Sequence record: NC_061449.1
DNA length: 64,000 nucleotides
Direction: 5' to 3' (one strand)
Of the stretch, positions 1 through 10,024 are shown piece by piece. Both the position numbers and the translations under genes were made by a program. The notes under the pieces were generated by a model. That model was not told the DNA's origin. It did no database searches and saw only the letters and a program-made list of their open reading frames with translations. Each line of letters starts with the position of its first letter. Position 1 is the first letter of the stretch.

Positions 1-66
1 AGGTATGGGAGTGCTGCGGATGCTGGTAACAGAAACGAAGTCATGTTAACCGGCATCTTATTCTCC

Positions 67-3000
67 TTACGCGATACCTGAACCTGGGTTAGAGGAACCG
101 TAGGTCAGTTTGAACGTATACGCCAAACCATCGAACGGGAAGTCGTTTCGGTAGATAACGTAATCAACACCATTGATGGTCACTTCGGCAGGACCAGCAA
201 AGTTGAAGTCATCGAACTCTAAAGCGCCATCCCATGAACCAGCAAAGCCCTGCACAGATTCAACGAAGTAACCATAGCCAAGAGACTTAGGCCACGCAAC
301 GTAGAAGAACACGTTGTTTGAACTTGTACTGGTGTTTCCTGGACAGTTCAGGAGCTGCTGACCTGTAGTGGTCAGAGCTGTTTGCAGACCCTGTACGAAC
401 TGCGCATCGTAACCGCTGGTGGACTTGATCTTAGAGTGATAGCCGAAGCGAGCACCCAAGTCAGAGGACTGTTGCGGTTTGAGTGTGACGTCTTTCGTCG
501 CAGTAACCGTCTTACCGTTCTTAACGTAAGTCACGGTGATAGTCACTACAGCGTCAGCAGTAACAGCGTTAGACTTCAACGAACCACCAACAACGCTCAG
601 GCCGGTTGCAGTACCAGACTTCACAGCTACTGCCCACGTTGTACCGCTATCGGCAGTCACGTCAGGCGTAGTACCGTCAGACAGCGTAGCAGTCGCAGTG
701 TATGCAGTAGTCACACCTCCGATGATTGACGCAGAGCCGGTGATGGTCACAGAGTCAGGAGTCGGTGGAGCAGGTGTGTTCGTTACCGTCAGGTTAGCAG
801 TCTGAGATTGACTGTTATACGATGCAGTACCAGTGATGATTGCTGTCTGCGTCGTGCTCACAGTGTTACCGGTGATCGTGTTGTTGCCATTAAACGTGAA
901 GCCTGTAGTAGAACCAGAGCTACGCGTAATAACAGGCGTCAGGTCGACCGTGGTGTTGTCAGAGAAGGTCAGGCGCAGAATGTAAGTACCAGTCTCACCT
1001 TTGTTCACAGCAGTAGGACCAATCAGCTCGCGCTTAGTGATCGTTGCTGCCTGATTAATCAGAGTGACAACTTTCTCAGGGGCATACGTCTGGCCGTCAA
1101 CAGTTACGTTAGCAGCACGAAGCGTAGCAGTCTGGTTCTGGCTAATCGAGTTAGCAGGTACGGTCAGCTTCACACGAGTTGAAGTAGAACCCACAGACAG
1201 CGTTGCGTATGCAGCGCCTTGAGGCAGTGACCAAGTAGGCAGAGAAGCATACTCATTCACAGCACCAGACAGTCGAGTAACACGAACGAAGTAGTCACCA
1301 GACACTGTACCTTCTGTCACAGAGTCGTTACCGATGATTTCGACTTTGCTCACGTCGTCAGTAGGACCAACAACAGTGAACTGGACGTTACCGGTTTTCG
1401 ATACTGTACCTACAGTGGCAGCCACGTTCAATTGGAACGTCAGGGTACCATAGAAACCGCTGAGTGCTTTCTTAGTACGAATGCGCCAGCCAGTTGTGCC
1501 ACCAGCAACGATCTCAAAGTATTCTTGAGCCGCAGTTGACAGCGTATAAGACAGTTCCCCGCTAGTACCCTCACGAGTAGTAGAGTCAGAGAACGTCAGG
1601 GTGCTATGCAGGTCACGCGTCACACCAGATGCAGTACCGAAGTCAAACACAGGCGATGGAGCAGCCGGTTGTACGGACAGCAGAGTAATGACGATGATGT
1701 TTTTAACCAGCACAGACTTCTGAGCGTTACGCCCATCGTAGGTCGCACGAATCAGAACAGTTGTGTCCTGAGTCACTTCGCCAGCAGACAGCACACCAGT
1801 TTGAGCGATGCTTGCAACTGCGCTACCCTGAATCACAGACCACGTAGGCGAAGCTACCTGACGATCAGTACCGTCAGAGAGAATTTCCCACGCAGTAAAT
1901 TGCGCAGTAGTGTTCTCGTTCATCGAGTCGTTGCCGCGAATCTCAAGCGAGGTCACAGTCGGAGGGTTACCAACGATAGACACAGGCAGAGTTGCAGTTT
2001 TCGTGATACCGTTTTCAGTATACGAGGCGTACAACGTTACGCTGGTATTAGCGATAGGCACCGCACCAACAACGAGTTCGGAGTTAGCAAACGTCGCGTA
2101 GTTCGAAGTCTGCTGCAAGCGAAACTCGTTCGGGCTGATTGTCGCCGTGTGGCCATCAGAGTAAGTTGCCAGTACGGTGTAAGGCGTAGTGGTCTTCTCC
2201 TGCACAGACGACGGACCGACGATCTTAATGCTCGACAGGTCAACAACCGGCACAACGTTCACGATAGTGATATCGAGAGTTGCGGTCTTCGTGATACCGT
2301 TCTCTGTGTACGACGCAGACAGTTTGACAGGAATGTCAGAAGACACTTTACCTGCGTTCACAGTCTTGTTCACGATAGTAACGATATCCAGACGATCAGC
2401 AGAGAATGTCGTAGGGTCCACCAGCTTGGTATGGCCGTCAGAATACGTAGCGAGGAACGTATAGTTCGCGCTCTCTTCACTGCGAATTGTATTCGCACCC
2501 TGAATAGCCAGAGAAGACAGTGTTACTGGAATGTCTTCTTTCAGGATAGTGACAGTCTTATTGCCGCTGATATTTTGATCGGCAGTGATGTACGTCGCAG
2601 TCAGAACGACAGTTCGGTCCTGAGTTGTTTCTTTCTTCGCAGTCACCACGTTGCCACTAATAGTGGTATACGTTGTTGGTGCAGCAGTGAAAGAATTCGG
2701 CGTAATCATTTCAGTGTCGCCATTAGACCACGTGATTTTAAACGTGTAGGCCTCACTTGCTTGAGAAGCAATGGTAGCAGAACCCAGTACCTCAAGCAGC
2801 GTAATCAACTGCGCCTTAACTGTGACGTTCTTCGTCGCAGTGTATGTGATACCGTTGTACAGATAGGTAGCAGTCAGTTTAGCCACAGTATCTGTAGAGA
2901 CTTTCTTCGCAGTTCCTTGCAGGCCAACGAGCGATACCGCATCGGTCTTATCGACCGTGAAGTTGGTTGGCACGACAGTTGCGACAGCACCAGACTTGTA

Positions 3001-4077
3001 ACGAGCAGTCACGGTGTAGGTCTCTTTCTGCTTATAGAACAGTGTGTCTGCACCAACGATAGAGATTGATACCAGCTCGTCGTCAGGCACGAAGGCGTTC
3101 TTAATCAGCAGGTCGTAGGTAGCAGTTACCCAGTTACCGTAGACAGGGTCGCGCTTACGTGCAGTCACTTTCAGCACAACGTCAGCAGCGAGGTCAGGTG
3201 CAGACACTGTACCATCCTGCGCAATAGTCACACCGATAACGTTTTCTTCGATGGACCACTCAATGCCGGTAGGGTTGTGCTCGATACTGTTCGACCACTC
3301 GGCATCGATGTTCAGTTTGACGCTACTGTTATCCGACATGTAGCTTGCATTACCGGGAAGGCTGATGCGCAAGTTCATCAGGTGAGGAGATTCCCACTCG
3401 ACGTTATCAGAAGTAGGCTTAACCCACTTACCGATATACTTGTTCGGGTTAACAGGGTCCTGATCGACAATCGCCAGAACATACCCAGGCTCAGGCTGGT
3501 TAGAGCTTGCGACTTCAACGAACGCCAGAGAGTTCAAGCGAATCATTGTACGAGCATAATCAGGGTGATCATGGTTCGTAGGATAACGCGCATCACTCAT
3601 GCGTGGGTCAGAGCTTGACACAGCAATAGGCATCGTAGGGTCAGTAGGCTCGGTCTTCGTCACAATGCTGCCGAGACGGCTTGGCGTAGCATGTGGGATT
3701 TCCAGATCGCCAACTTCAATACCCAGGTCAGCAGCGTTCTCTACAACGCGACGGAAGAACTGTTTCTGACCGAACAACTGCGAGTAGTCAGTAACGGTCA
3801 CCCAAGAGCCACGGTGATTACCGTCAGACACAGCAGATGTACGACGCAGCACATACTGATACTGCGGGCTACCTGTGTTGGCATCAATCCAAATCAGGTT
3901 GTACGGCTTTTCAGAAAACGATGGCTCGGTCATTGACACAACAACCTGATGCACTTCCGTTTGATCGTTCGCGTTAGGACGGAACAGGAAAGTGATTGGG
4001 TTACGTGGCGTCAGACCGCGAGTACGAGCCAATGCGATATACTGTTTAGCAAAGCCGTCGATCGTGGTTACGCTCAT
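67..4077 (-). CDS. Large Ig-like (Big-type) repeat virion fibre/adhesin protein, 1336 aa
   Basis: Thr/Val/Ser-rich tandem ~95-aa repeats (e.g. 'L.I.G..SV.E....Y...ATYSDG', 'SYTENGITKTATL' twice). N-terminal region is paralogous to the 4074 and 4717 ORFs; C-terminal domain is paralogous to the 5390 ORF. Lies near the tail sheath gene. Confidence 0.8.
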   Translation of the reverse strand: MSVTTIDGFAKQYIALARTRGLTPRNPITFLFRPNANDQTEVHQVVVSMTEPSFSEKPYNLIWIDANTGSPQYQYVLRRTSAVSDGNHRGSWVTVTDYSQLFGQKQFFRRVVENAADLGIEVGDLEIPHATPSRLGSIVTKTEPTDPTMPIAVSSSDPRMSDARYPTNHDHPDYARTMIRLNSLAFVEVASSNQPEPGYVLAIVDQDPVNPNKYIGKWVKPTSDNVEWESPHLMNLRISLPGNASYMSDNSSVKLNIDAEWSNSIEHNPTGIEWSIEENVIGVTIAQDGTVSAPDLAADVVLKVTARKRDPVYGNWVTATYDLLIKNAFVPDDELVSISIVGADTLFYKQKETYTVTARYKSGAVATVVPTNFTVDKTDAVSLVGLQGTAKKVSTDTVAKLTATYLYNGITYTATKNVTVKAQLITLLEVLGSATIASQASEAYTFKITWSNGDTEMITPNSFTAAPTTYTTISGNVVTAKKETTQDRTVVLTATYITADQNISGNKTVTILKEDIPVTLSSLAIQGANTIRSEESANYTFLATYSDGHTKLVDPTTFSADRLDIVTIVNKTVNAGKVSSDIPVKLSASYTENGITKTATLDITIVNVVPVVDLSSIKIVGPSSVQEKTTTPYTVLATYSDGHTATISPNEFRLQQTSNYATFANSELVVGAVPIANTSVTLYASYTENGITKTATLPVSIVGNPPTVTSLEIRGNDSMNENTTAQFTAWEILSDGTDRQVASPTWSVIQGSAVASIAQTGVLSAGEVTQDTTVLIRATYDGRNAQKSVLVKNIIVITLLSVQPAAPSPVFDFGTASGVTRDLHSTLTFSDSTTREGTSGELSYTLSTAAQEYFEIVAGGTTGWRIRTKKALSGFYGTLTFQLNVAATVGTVSKTGNVQFTVVGPTDDVSKVEIIGNDSVTEGTVSGDYFVRVTRLSGAVNEYASLPTWSLPQGAAYATLSVGSTSTRVKLTVPANSISQNQTATLRAANVTVDGQTYAPEKVVTLINQAATITKRELIGPTAVNKGETGTYILRLTFSDNTTVDLTPVITRSSGSTTGFTFNGNNTITGNTVSTTQTAIITGTASYNSQSQTANLTVTNTPAPPTPDSVTITGSASIIGGVTTAYTATATLSDGTTPDVTADSGTTWAVAVKSGTATGLSVVGGSLKSNAVTADAVVTITVTYVKNGKTVTATKDVTLKPQQSSDLGARFGYHSKIKSTSGYDAQFVQGLQTALTTTGQQLLNCPGNTSTSSNNVFFYVAWPKSLGYGYFVESVQGFAGSWDGALEFDDFNFAGPAEVTINGVDYVIYRNDFPFDGLAYTFKLTYGSSNPGSGIA

Positions 4078-4706
4078 TCATTATCTCCCAGAATGTCGGT
4101 CGCAATCAGATGGCCGTAAGACGCTTTCACGTTTGAATCAGCGATGAAGGTAGAACCGTTATCGCCTACGTCAGCATCCATATTCACTTTGTCCTGCACA
4201 GTCTTCACATCGACCAAAGGCTTCTCGGCGTGCATTTCATCGTGAGGCAGCGGTGTACGCTTGTCGGTGTTACGCGGGTCAGAAACAGACACGAACGTAG
4301 GACGACCAACAGTAGCTGGCTCAGTTGTCAGACGCGCAATACCGTAGGTGTCAACAGACGCGTTAGGGATCTCGTCGCCACCATTGATATCAGACGGGTC
4401 ATAATACTGAGGTGCCCAGAGTGAGTTGAAGTTCTTCACTTCTTCCCAGGTGTTCTGGAAGCCACCAGCAGGGGTTTTGGACTTACGTGCAAGGAACTTG
4501 CGATAGAACGTGCTATTCACATCCATGCACAACCAAACTACGTTCATTGGTAATACGACACCAACAGGTTCCGTCGAGGCAACAATGAACGTACAACTGA
4601 TGTTGAGTGTTGGGTTAATCTGACGCGTGATCTTGTCTTTCGACGTATCGTCCATAAAACCCGTAACAGCCAACAGAGCAGCAGCGATATCATTAAGTGT
4701 AGTCAT
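4074..4706 (-). CDS. Virion fibre-module protein, paralog of the N-terminus of the Ig-repeat protein
   Basis: Probable start MTTLND at 4706 (GGAG upstream). Shares 'NVVWL', 'NTWEEV' and 'SVSDPRNTDKRTP..HDEMHAEKP' motifs with its neighbours. Confidence 0.65.
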   Translation of the reverse strand: MTTLNDIAAALLAVTGFMDDTSKDKITRQINPTLNISCTFIVASTEPVGVVLPMNVVWLCMDVNSTFYRKFLARKSKTPAGGFQNTWEEVKNFNSLWAPQYYDPSDINGGDEIPNASVDTYGIARLTTEPATVGRPTFVSVSDPRNTDKRTPLPHDEMHAEKPLVDVKTVQDKVNMDADVGDNGSTFIADSNVKASYGHLIATDILGDNE

Positions 4707-4716
4707 AACCGCTCCG

Positions 4717-5355
4717 TTAGTCAGTAGGTTGGCCAAGTTCAGATTCACGCATCTTACGCCATTGAAGCGTATTGTCTTCAAGTACCATGACCTGATTCAC
4801 AGCAGGAACCAGCTGGTCTTTGATAGGAACGTGTTCTTCACCAAAGCTACCATTGATACTGATCATGGTTGCAGGCTTCTCAGCATGGGTGTGATCTTTT
4901 GGATCACGGTTGTTGGTGAGCGTTTCATCGCCCTCCAGAATAGCACGAGACTCGGCTTCTGGGTATGACAGATAACCCACGCCGCGCGTAATCGCAGTAG
5001 CCAGAGGAGGCAGGGCACGGTTGATGATTTGCAGATCGTTCTGGTCATATGTCTGGTCTTCCATAGCATCGTCATAGAAGTACAGCGCAGTCCAAACGTC
5101 TTTGTACGGGTCGACCTGATCTTTCGTTGTGCGCTTAAACGCAGTGCGGAAGGTAGGTGACTCAGGGTCGTAGTCGATCCAGATCGCATTGACCGGAAGG
5201 ACCACATAACGCGGAACTGCATACGAGCAGTAGAACAACAAACCTAACTGTGAACCATCTTTTGGTAGACGGAACATAATCGGGTTTTTGTTCTGCTGGT
5301 GGATATTCGTAAGCAACTCAACGTTACTGATGAACTGTTCAAGTTTCAGTTCCAT
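4717..5355 (-). CDS. Virion fibre-module protein, same paralog family
   Basis: 'NPIMFRLP', 'NAIWIDYDPESP' and 'LTNNRDPKDHTHAEKP' match the 67 and 4074 ORFs; GGAG RBS. Confidence 0.65.
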   Translation of the reverse strand: MELKLEQFISNVELLTNIHQQNKNPIMFRLPKDGSQLGLLFYCSYAVPRYVVLPVNAIWIDYDPESPTFRTAFKRTTKDQVDPYKDVWTALYFYDDAMEDQTYDQNDLQIINRALPPLATAITRGVGYLSYPEAESRAILEGDETLTNNRDPKDHTHAEKPATMISINGSFGEEHVPIKDQLVPAVNQVMVLEDNTLQWRKMRESELGQPTD

Positions 5356-5389
5356 TGTGTTCTCCGTTTACCAGAAGCGGTGATTAAAA

Positions 5390-6085
5390 TTATACAGGGT
5401 CGCCTGACTTAGGACTGGTCGAGCCGTATTTAATACGGAACACGTAGTCGAGACTATCGAACGGGAAGTCATTACGATAGACAACATAATCAAAGCCACC
5501 GAGACTAACTTCCGCTGCGCCCTGGAAGTTGAAGTCGTTAAACTCCATAGCACCATCCCACGAGCCTGAGAAGCCTTGAGCAGTCTCTTGGAAATATCCA
5601 TAGAGTAAACGCTTAGGCCACGCGACGTAGAAGAAGCGGTTGTTGTCAGAAGTAGATTCGTTCGGAGGGCAAGTGATAAGCTGAGGACTCGACTCACCGA
5701 GAGCAGTAGTCAGAGAACGGAAGAAGGTGTCGTTATAGTCCTGAATAGACAACACTTTATCGTGTACGCCAAAACGAGGACCATACTCACCGCTGAATGG
5801 CACAGACACACGTACCTTATTCGACGTTGCGTTGAGCGTTGTGCTGACGTTATACGCCTTAGCAACAATGTCATGCTCACCTGTATCGAAAGGCAGGGTG
5901 AAGTCGAAGTACGCGCTGGTACCAGTAGTCGGCATATCAAGTTTCTTGAGCACCGCACCCGCTGCATTCTCAATCTGGAGTGTGCCACGCAGAGGCGGGT
6001 TATCCATTGCGACTAAGAAGCGCAGTTGTTTATTACGCAGCGAGAAGCAGTATTCCAAGTTACCTTGAATGGTCAAAGTAAGCAT
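5390..6085 (-). CDS. Virion protein: one Ig-like domain plus the C-terminal domain shared with the 1336-aa protein
   Basis: 'GPRFG...FFYVAWPK.L.YGYF.E..QGF.GSWDGA.EF.DFNF.G.AEV...G.DY..YRNDFPFD.L.Y.F' is nearly collinear with the last ~130 aa of the 67..4077 ORF. Confidence 0.75.
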   Translation of the reverse strand: MLTLTIQGNLEYCFSLRNKQLRFLVAMDNPPLRGTLQIENAAGAVLKKLDMPTTGTSAYFDFTLPFDTGEHDIVAKAYNVSTTLNATSNKVRVSVPFSGEYGPRFGVHDKVLSIQDYNDTFFRSLTTALGESSPQLITCPPNESTSDNNRFFYVAWPKRLLYGYFQETAQGFSGSWDGAMEFNDFNFQGAAEVSLGGFDYVVYRNDFPFDSLDYVFRIKYGSTSPKSGDPV

Positions 6086-6100
6086 AGAACCTCACAATAC

Positions 6101-6130
6101 AAAAAGAGGAGGACCGAAGCCCTCCTCATT
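6101..6130 (-). terminator. Rho-independent terminator after the sheath gene
   Basis: Minus strand GAGGAGGGC-TTCG-GTCCTCCTC followed by T5. Confidence 0.8.
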
Positions 6131-6132
6131 GA

Positions 6133-7809
6133 TTACTGACTCAGAGTTGTGGAGGTACTGCCTGTCGGGTTGATGTTGAAACGATAGATCAGACGCTTGG
6201 TAGTACGCGTCGGGTCCAACACGATATCCAGAATCAGGTCGCCATTGGCGATAGTCTGGTTGGTGTTGTTGTTCTCGTCACAAACAACCTGATATCCCTG
6301 AGAGCCTGAACTACCGCTACGCAGACCACGAGCCAGTTTGATCTCTTCGAGGAACTTCTCGACGATACCTTTCAGATAGCCACGAAGAATAGCATCGTTC
6401 GGGTCAAACAGGCCAACGCGACATGTGCGCTGACAGACTTCAAGCACGTAGCCCACCATACGCTGAATCTGAATCTGCTGGAAAGCAGAGTTCTGATTGT
6501 ACTGAGTGCTCGCTTCCCACACCGCATAGCCGCCACCCATAATAGAAGGCAGTTTACGAATGTAGTTCACTTGCTCACGCGTCATCGCATCACGGTCATC
6601 CTGATCGTACTTCTGTGCGATTTCCAGAATGTCGAGAGGCGCAGAGGCGGTGATACCGGCAGGTGCGAACCAGCTACCACGGTTTTTGTCCGTGTAAGCA
6701 AACACAGCACAGATCTGGCCGACACACGCAGTCCACAAATAGCGACCAGTGTCTTCGTCGAAGATCTTGATATCAGGCGTATACAGAGCCATGTTGGTGT
6801 CGTTGACGTTCAACGTCTGACGACGATAACGAATCGCCTTAGACACGGACTGCTCTGCGGACGGAATACCACAGATAACGAAGCAGTTGATGTGCGCAGC
6901 AGCCGCAGCTTTCATACCACGATGGATGATGTAATCCTGCGTAGGACTAATCAGCAGCGTCACACGAACTTCTTCTGGGTCACCGAAGTATTCCTGATAT
7001 GCTTTCGCAAAGTCATCAGAAGTACATGTGTCCCCATCAGCACCGCCTTGGAAGAAAATGAAGTCAGTGCTAAAGAAGTCTATATCGGTAGTGAAGTACG
7101 GGTTGCGGATGAAGCGGAAGTTAGAGCTTTCGTTTTCCATCGCATAGTCGATACGATACTGACGGTCGAACTCATCCGCATAATCGTACAGGCTGCATTG
7201 GTAAGAGTTTACCGGTGCGCTACCGTTCTGATAGTTCTCGTACTCGTCGATATAAAACAGTTTCGTGTTATATGCCTTACGATCATCGAACGGGTCAAGA
7301 CCCTTAGGCGTGGCAGGACGAATCTGCAACGCCATCTGGTTGTTCCAGTCGCCTGGGTTTTCCAGAATAACGTAACCGATGATGTTGTCGTTCAACGGGT
7401 CAGTAGGCAAGAAGCCCAACTGATCTGGAGAATCCACACCGACGATGTTACCGTCTTCATCAGTGTAAGGGGTGATGCGAACTACTGGTTGTACAGCAGA
7501 CGCGTCATCGACAGTAACCACACCGACCGCATATTTTGCGTTCTTAGTGATACGGACGAATTTAAGCTGGTTGGTCTGCTTCGCAACAGGCAGCGCGAGA
7601 TACAGGCCAAGGCCATACTTGGGATCTTTTGCACCGAAGATGTTTTTCAGATCATCTTTATTACGCACATCAACACGCTGGTTTACAGGACCGCGACGAG
7701 CCTGACCAACAATGCCTACTACTGCCGTAGATAAAGACGTTGCACCAACGGAGAGATCCCGTACACCAGTATAAACACCAGCAGAGGAATGCGTTGAGTT
7801 AACGGGCAT
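6133..7809 (-). CDS. Contractile tail sheath protein
   Basis: Start MPVNS at 7809 (GGAG RBS). 'SAGVYTGVRDLS', 'VGIVGQARRGP', 'WFAPAG', 'RRMVGY'-like 'QRMVGY' and 'FDPND...YQVVCDENNNT...I.NG.L..DI...P' are typical sheath motifs. Confidence 0.9.
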   Translation of the reverse strand: MPVNSTHSSAGVYTGVRDLSVGATSLSTAVVGIVGQARRGPVNQRVDVRNKDDLKNIFGAKDPKYGLGLYLALPVAKQTNQLKFVRITKNAKYAVGVVTVDDASAVQPVVRITPYTDEDGNIVGVDSPDQLGFLPTDPLNDNIIGYVILENPGDWNNQMALQIRPATPKGLDPFDDRKAYNTKLFYIDEYENYQNGSAPVNSYQCSLYDYADEFDRQYRIDYAMENESSNFRFIRNPYFTTDIDFFSTDFIFFQGGADGDTCTSDDFAKAYQEYFGDPEEVRVTLLISPTQDYIIHRGMKAAAAAHINCFVICGIPSAEQSVSKAIRYRRQTLNVNDTNMALYTPDIKIFDEDTGRYLWTACVGQICAVFAYTDKNRGSWFAPAGITASAPLDILEIAQKYDQDDRDAMTREQVNYIRKLPSIMGGGYAVWEASTQYNQNSAFQQIQIQRMVGYVLEVCQRTCRVGLFDPNDAILRGYLKGIVEKFLEEIKLARGLRSGSSGSQGYQVVCDENNNTNQTIANGDLILDIVLDPTRTTKRLIYRFNINPTGSTSTTLSQ

Positions 7810-7863
7810 GATTTGTCTCCTTATATGACTGTCTGAAATTATCGTATAAGCGACAAGAAATAC

Positions 7864-7890
7864 AAAAGGGGCAGCCGAAGCCACCCCTTT
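7864..7890 (-). terminator. Intrinsic terminator, GGGTGGC-TTCG-GCTGCCC family
   Basis: Hairpin with UUCG loop and U tract on the minus strand. Confidence 0.8.
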
Positions 7891-7893
7891 GTT

Positions 7894-8949
7894 TTAACAA
7901 TCACAACCTGCTGAATCGAAGTCGAGTTTCAGGCCAGGATAGAGTTGGTTGAACTCATCCAGAGACATATTGAAACCAGCAGCACTAACATGTCCATCAC
8001 CGCCACGGGTACGCGCAATATAACGAGCACTGCCTTTGTGACCTTCAGGGTATCCCTGAGAACGACAGCTAACATACACACGGTCTGGGTCACGATGCCC
8101 TTTACGCACCAGCAGCACTGTCTGGAAGTGTGCATAGTTCTCGTAAACGTAGGTACCTGTTTCTGACGCGATGTTTTTATCGCAAGGCACCACAGCGTGT
8201 TTAACATCGATCAGCGCGTTTGGTTCAGAGAAGAAGCTGTTATCCTGAATCATCTGACGAATCTTTTCGTCACGGATTTCAATGTTCTTGATACCCTGTT
8301 CGATGATCTCTTCGATATTGCCAGCAAGGATAATCTTATAGGCTTTGCGAACAGTCGGAGGAAGTTCAGTGTAGATATGACCACACTTCTCAACTTCCGA
8401 GAACACGTCTTTCGAGTAACCTTCGTAGAACGCGAACGCACGTTTGTTGGTGCGAATCCACAGGTCGCGGTCAGACACCAGCTGTGCAATGCGAATGATG
8501 TTGTCAGTGCAAGCATACTGGTGCTGTTGGAACTCAGACACATGAGCCATATATGCAAGCAACGTACCGCTACCACCAGCAGCGAACGTTAACGAACCAG
8601 GACTTACTTCAAGCGCAGCGCACTCTTTCGCATACAGGTCAAGGTCACGGCAGTCGTGATGATCGAGCACCTTGAAGTTACCGCTGTAGCGTTTAGTGAA
8701 CAGCGCCATTTGTCGTTCGGTAAAAGAGAAGTCAACTACAACAACGCGTTTATACAGCGCATCTTTACCGCCTTCGAGCCCTGGAATATCTTCCATGAGA
8801 ACTCCGTCAGCAGTAACTATATCCCCTTGATCTTGTGCGTAGACAGCAGGGAAGAAGTGGAGCGTATCATTGGGATACGCAAGTGCTGTAATGGCAGCGG
8901 CGAAACTACCATCAGCACATCCTTGATGATAAACAACAAGTGTAGTCAT
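7894..8949 (-). CDS. DHH/DHHA1-family phosphoesterase (NrnB/oligoribonuclease-like)
   Basis: 'YHQGCADG', 'VVVDFS', 'LDHH' and C-terminal 'GGDGHVSAAGF'. Confidence 0.85.
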   Translation of the reverse strand: MTTLVVYHQGCADGSFAAAITALAYPNDTLHFFPAVYAQDQGDIVTADGVLMEDIPGLEGGKDALYKRVVVVDFSFTERQMALFTKRYSGNFKVLDHHDCRDLDLYAKECAALEVSPGSLTFAAGGSGTLLAYMAHVSEFQQHQYACTDNIIRIAQLVSDRDLWIRTNKRAFAFYEGYSKDVFSEVEKCGHIYTELPPTVRKAYKIILAGNIEEIIEQGIKNIEIRDEKIRQMIQDNSFFSEPNALIDVKHAVVPCDKNIASETGTYVYENYAHFQTVLLVRKGHRDPDRVYVSCRSQGYPEGHKGSARYIARTRGGDGHVSAAGFNMSLDEFNQLYPGLKLDFDSAGCDC

Positions 8950-8951
8950 GA

Positions 8952-9824
8952 CTAAACCCAGTGGTTATTAGAATTTGAGTCGGTCTCTGATTGGCCTTTC
9001 GCGTGGGCAATCATATGACGCAGGCCCTCCAGTGTCTGTTGCAGGTTGTGGCGATACTGAGCGTCAGCAACCGCATCCCCGTGATGGAACGCTATGGAGA
9101 ACAGTCGCCATTCGTCGGACTGCCTGAGCGCTTCAATCTTACGGTAAAGGTTCTGACGACGCTCACGCGCACGTAACAGACGTTGCACTAAATTAAGTGG
9201 TTCGTGGGATTTTGAACACAATTCAATGTGAATCGCATCTAAACCTTCATAATCGAGTCGGCTCAGTGCCTCTTTAGCCTTGAGGAATAGTGCAGCACGA
9301 AGCAGCTTAACTTCATCAGGCAGATGACGGCACTTATCAGGGTGCGTCATGCGAGCGATTGCTTTGTAGATCGCTTTGCATTTCTTAATCAAAACCGAAC
9401 GTGACCAGCGCTCATGCTCTGCGCCCATATCTGCATCAGCCTCGTTGTCACGCGTTTCGTGGTCAGTGTCGTCCTGCTCGAAGTTATCTTCCAGAATCTT
9501 CTTCAAATCTTCTGCGTTCGCCTGATCTTCAAGGTCAGCAGACTCAGCCAGGTTAATCAGAATTGCTTGCAACTCTGCGTTCAGACGCTCGACTTCCATG
9601 ATAAGAGGTTTGTTGTTGGCGTTCAGCTTATCAATGATTTTAGTCACACGCTCGCAGTCTGCGGTGTAGCGCAGCTCTAGGGCTGCTACTTCTTCGAGGA
9701 TTTCCTCAAGAGTCTCACCACCCTCCATCTCCAGAGTTTGAAACTCCAGTTCATCAGCAAGACTAACAGACGTACCTAACAGTGCAGGATGTTGAGGGAT
9801 AACCATCAACTGAGTATTTGTCAT
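8952..9824 (-). CDS. Coiled-coil protein containing a J-domain (DnaJ-type co-chaperone)
   Basis: 'CKAIYKAIARMTHPDK....' helix II-HPD followed by 'F..AKEA'. Confidence 0.75.
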   Translation of the reverse strand: MTNTQLMVIPQHPALLGTSVSLADELEFQTLEMEGGETLEEILEEVAALELRYTADCERVTKIIDKLNANNKPLIMEVERLNAELQAILINLAESADLEDQANAEDLKKILEDNFEQDDTDHETRDNEADADMGAEHERWSRSVLIKKCKAIYKAIARMTHPDKCRHLPDEVKLLRAALFLKAKEALSRLDYEGLDAIHIELCSKSHEPLNLVQRLLRARERRQNLYRKIEALRQSDEWRLFSIAFHHGDAVADAQYRHNLQQTLEGLRHMIAHAKGQSETDSNSNNHWV

Positions 9825-10015
9825 GGGCGCGTCAGCTCCGATATTGGTTTAGCCACCAGCTCTGCAATGCGTTGCGGGCACTGAGGGTTGCGTTTCAGGT
9901 TCTTGTGCAACCACTGCAAATTGTTACCAGACGAAGACACCTCAGCGCGAAAGCTGGGCAGTTTAAGTTCGTCACGGTGTTTGGCCAGCAGCGCATTCAG
10001 TTCATTCAGAAACAT
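9821..10015 (-). CDS. Hypothetical protein, 64 aa
   Basis: AGGA RBS; 4-nt overlap with the next ORF. Confidence 0.6.
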   Translation of the reverse strand: MFLNELNALLAKHRDELKLPSFRAEVSSSGNNLQWLHKNLKRNPQCPQRIAELVAKPISELTRP

Positions 10016-10024
10016 TGTTTTTCC

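Noticed and set aside
5368-5697. 109-aa minus-strand ORF
   Set aside because: Out-of-frame overlap with 5390..6085, which has clear paralogy support.
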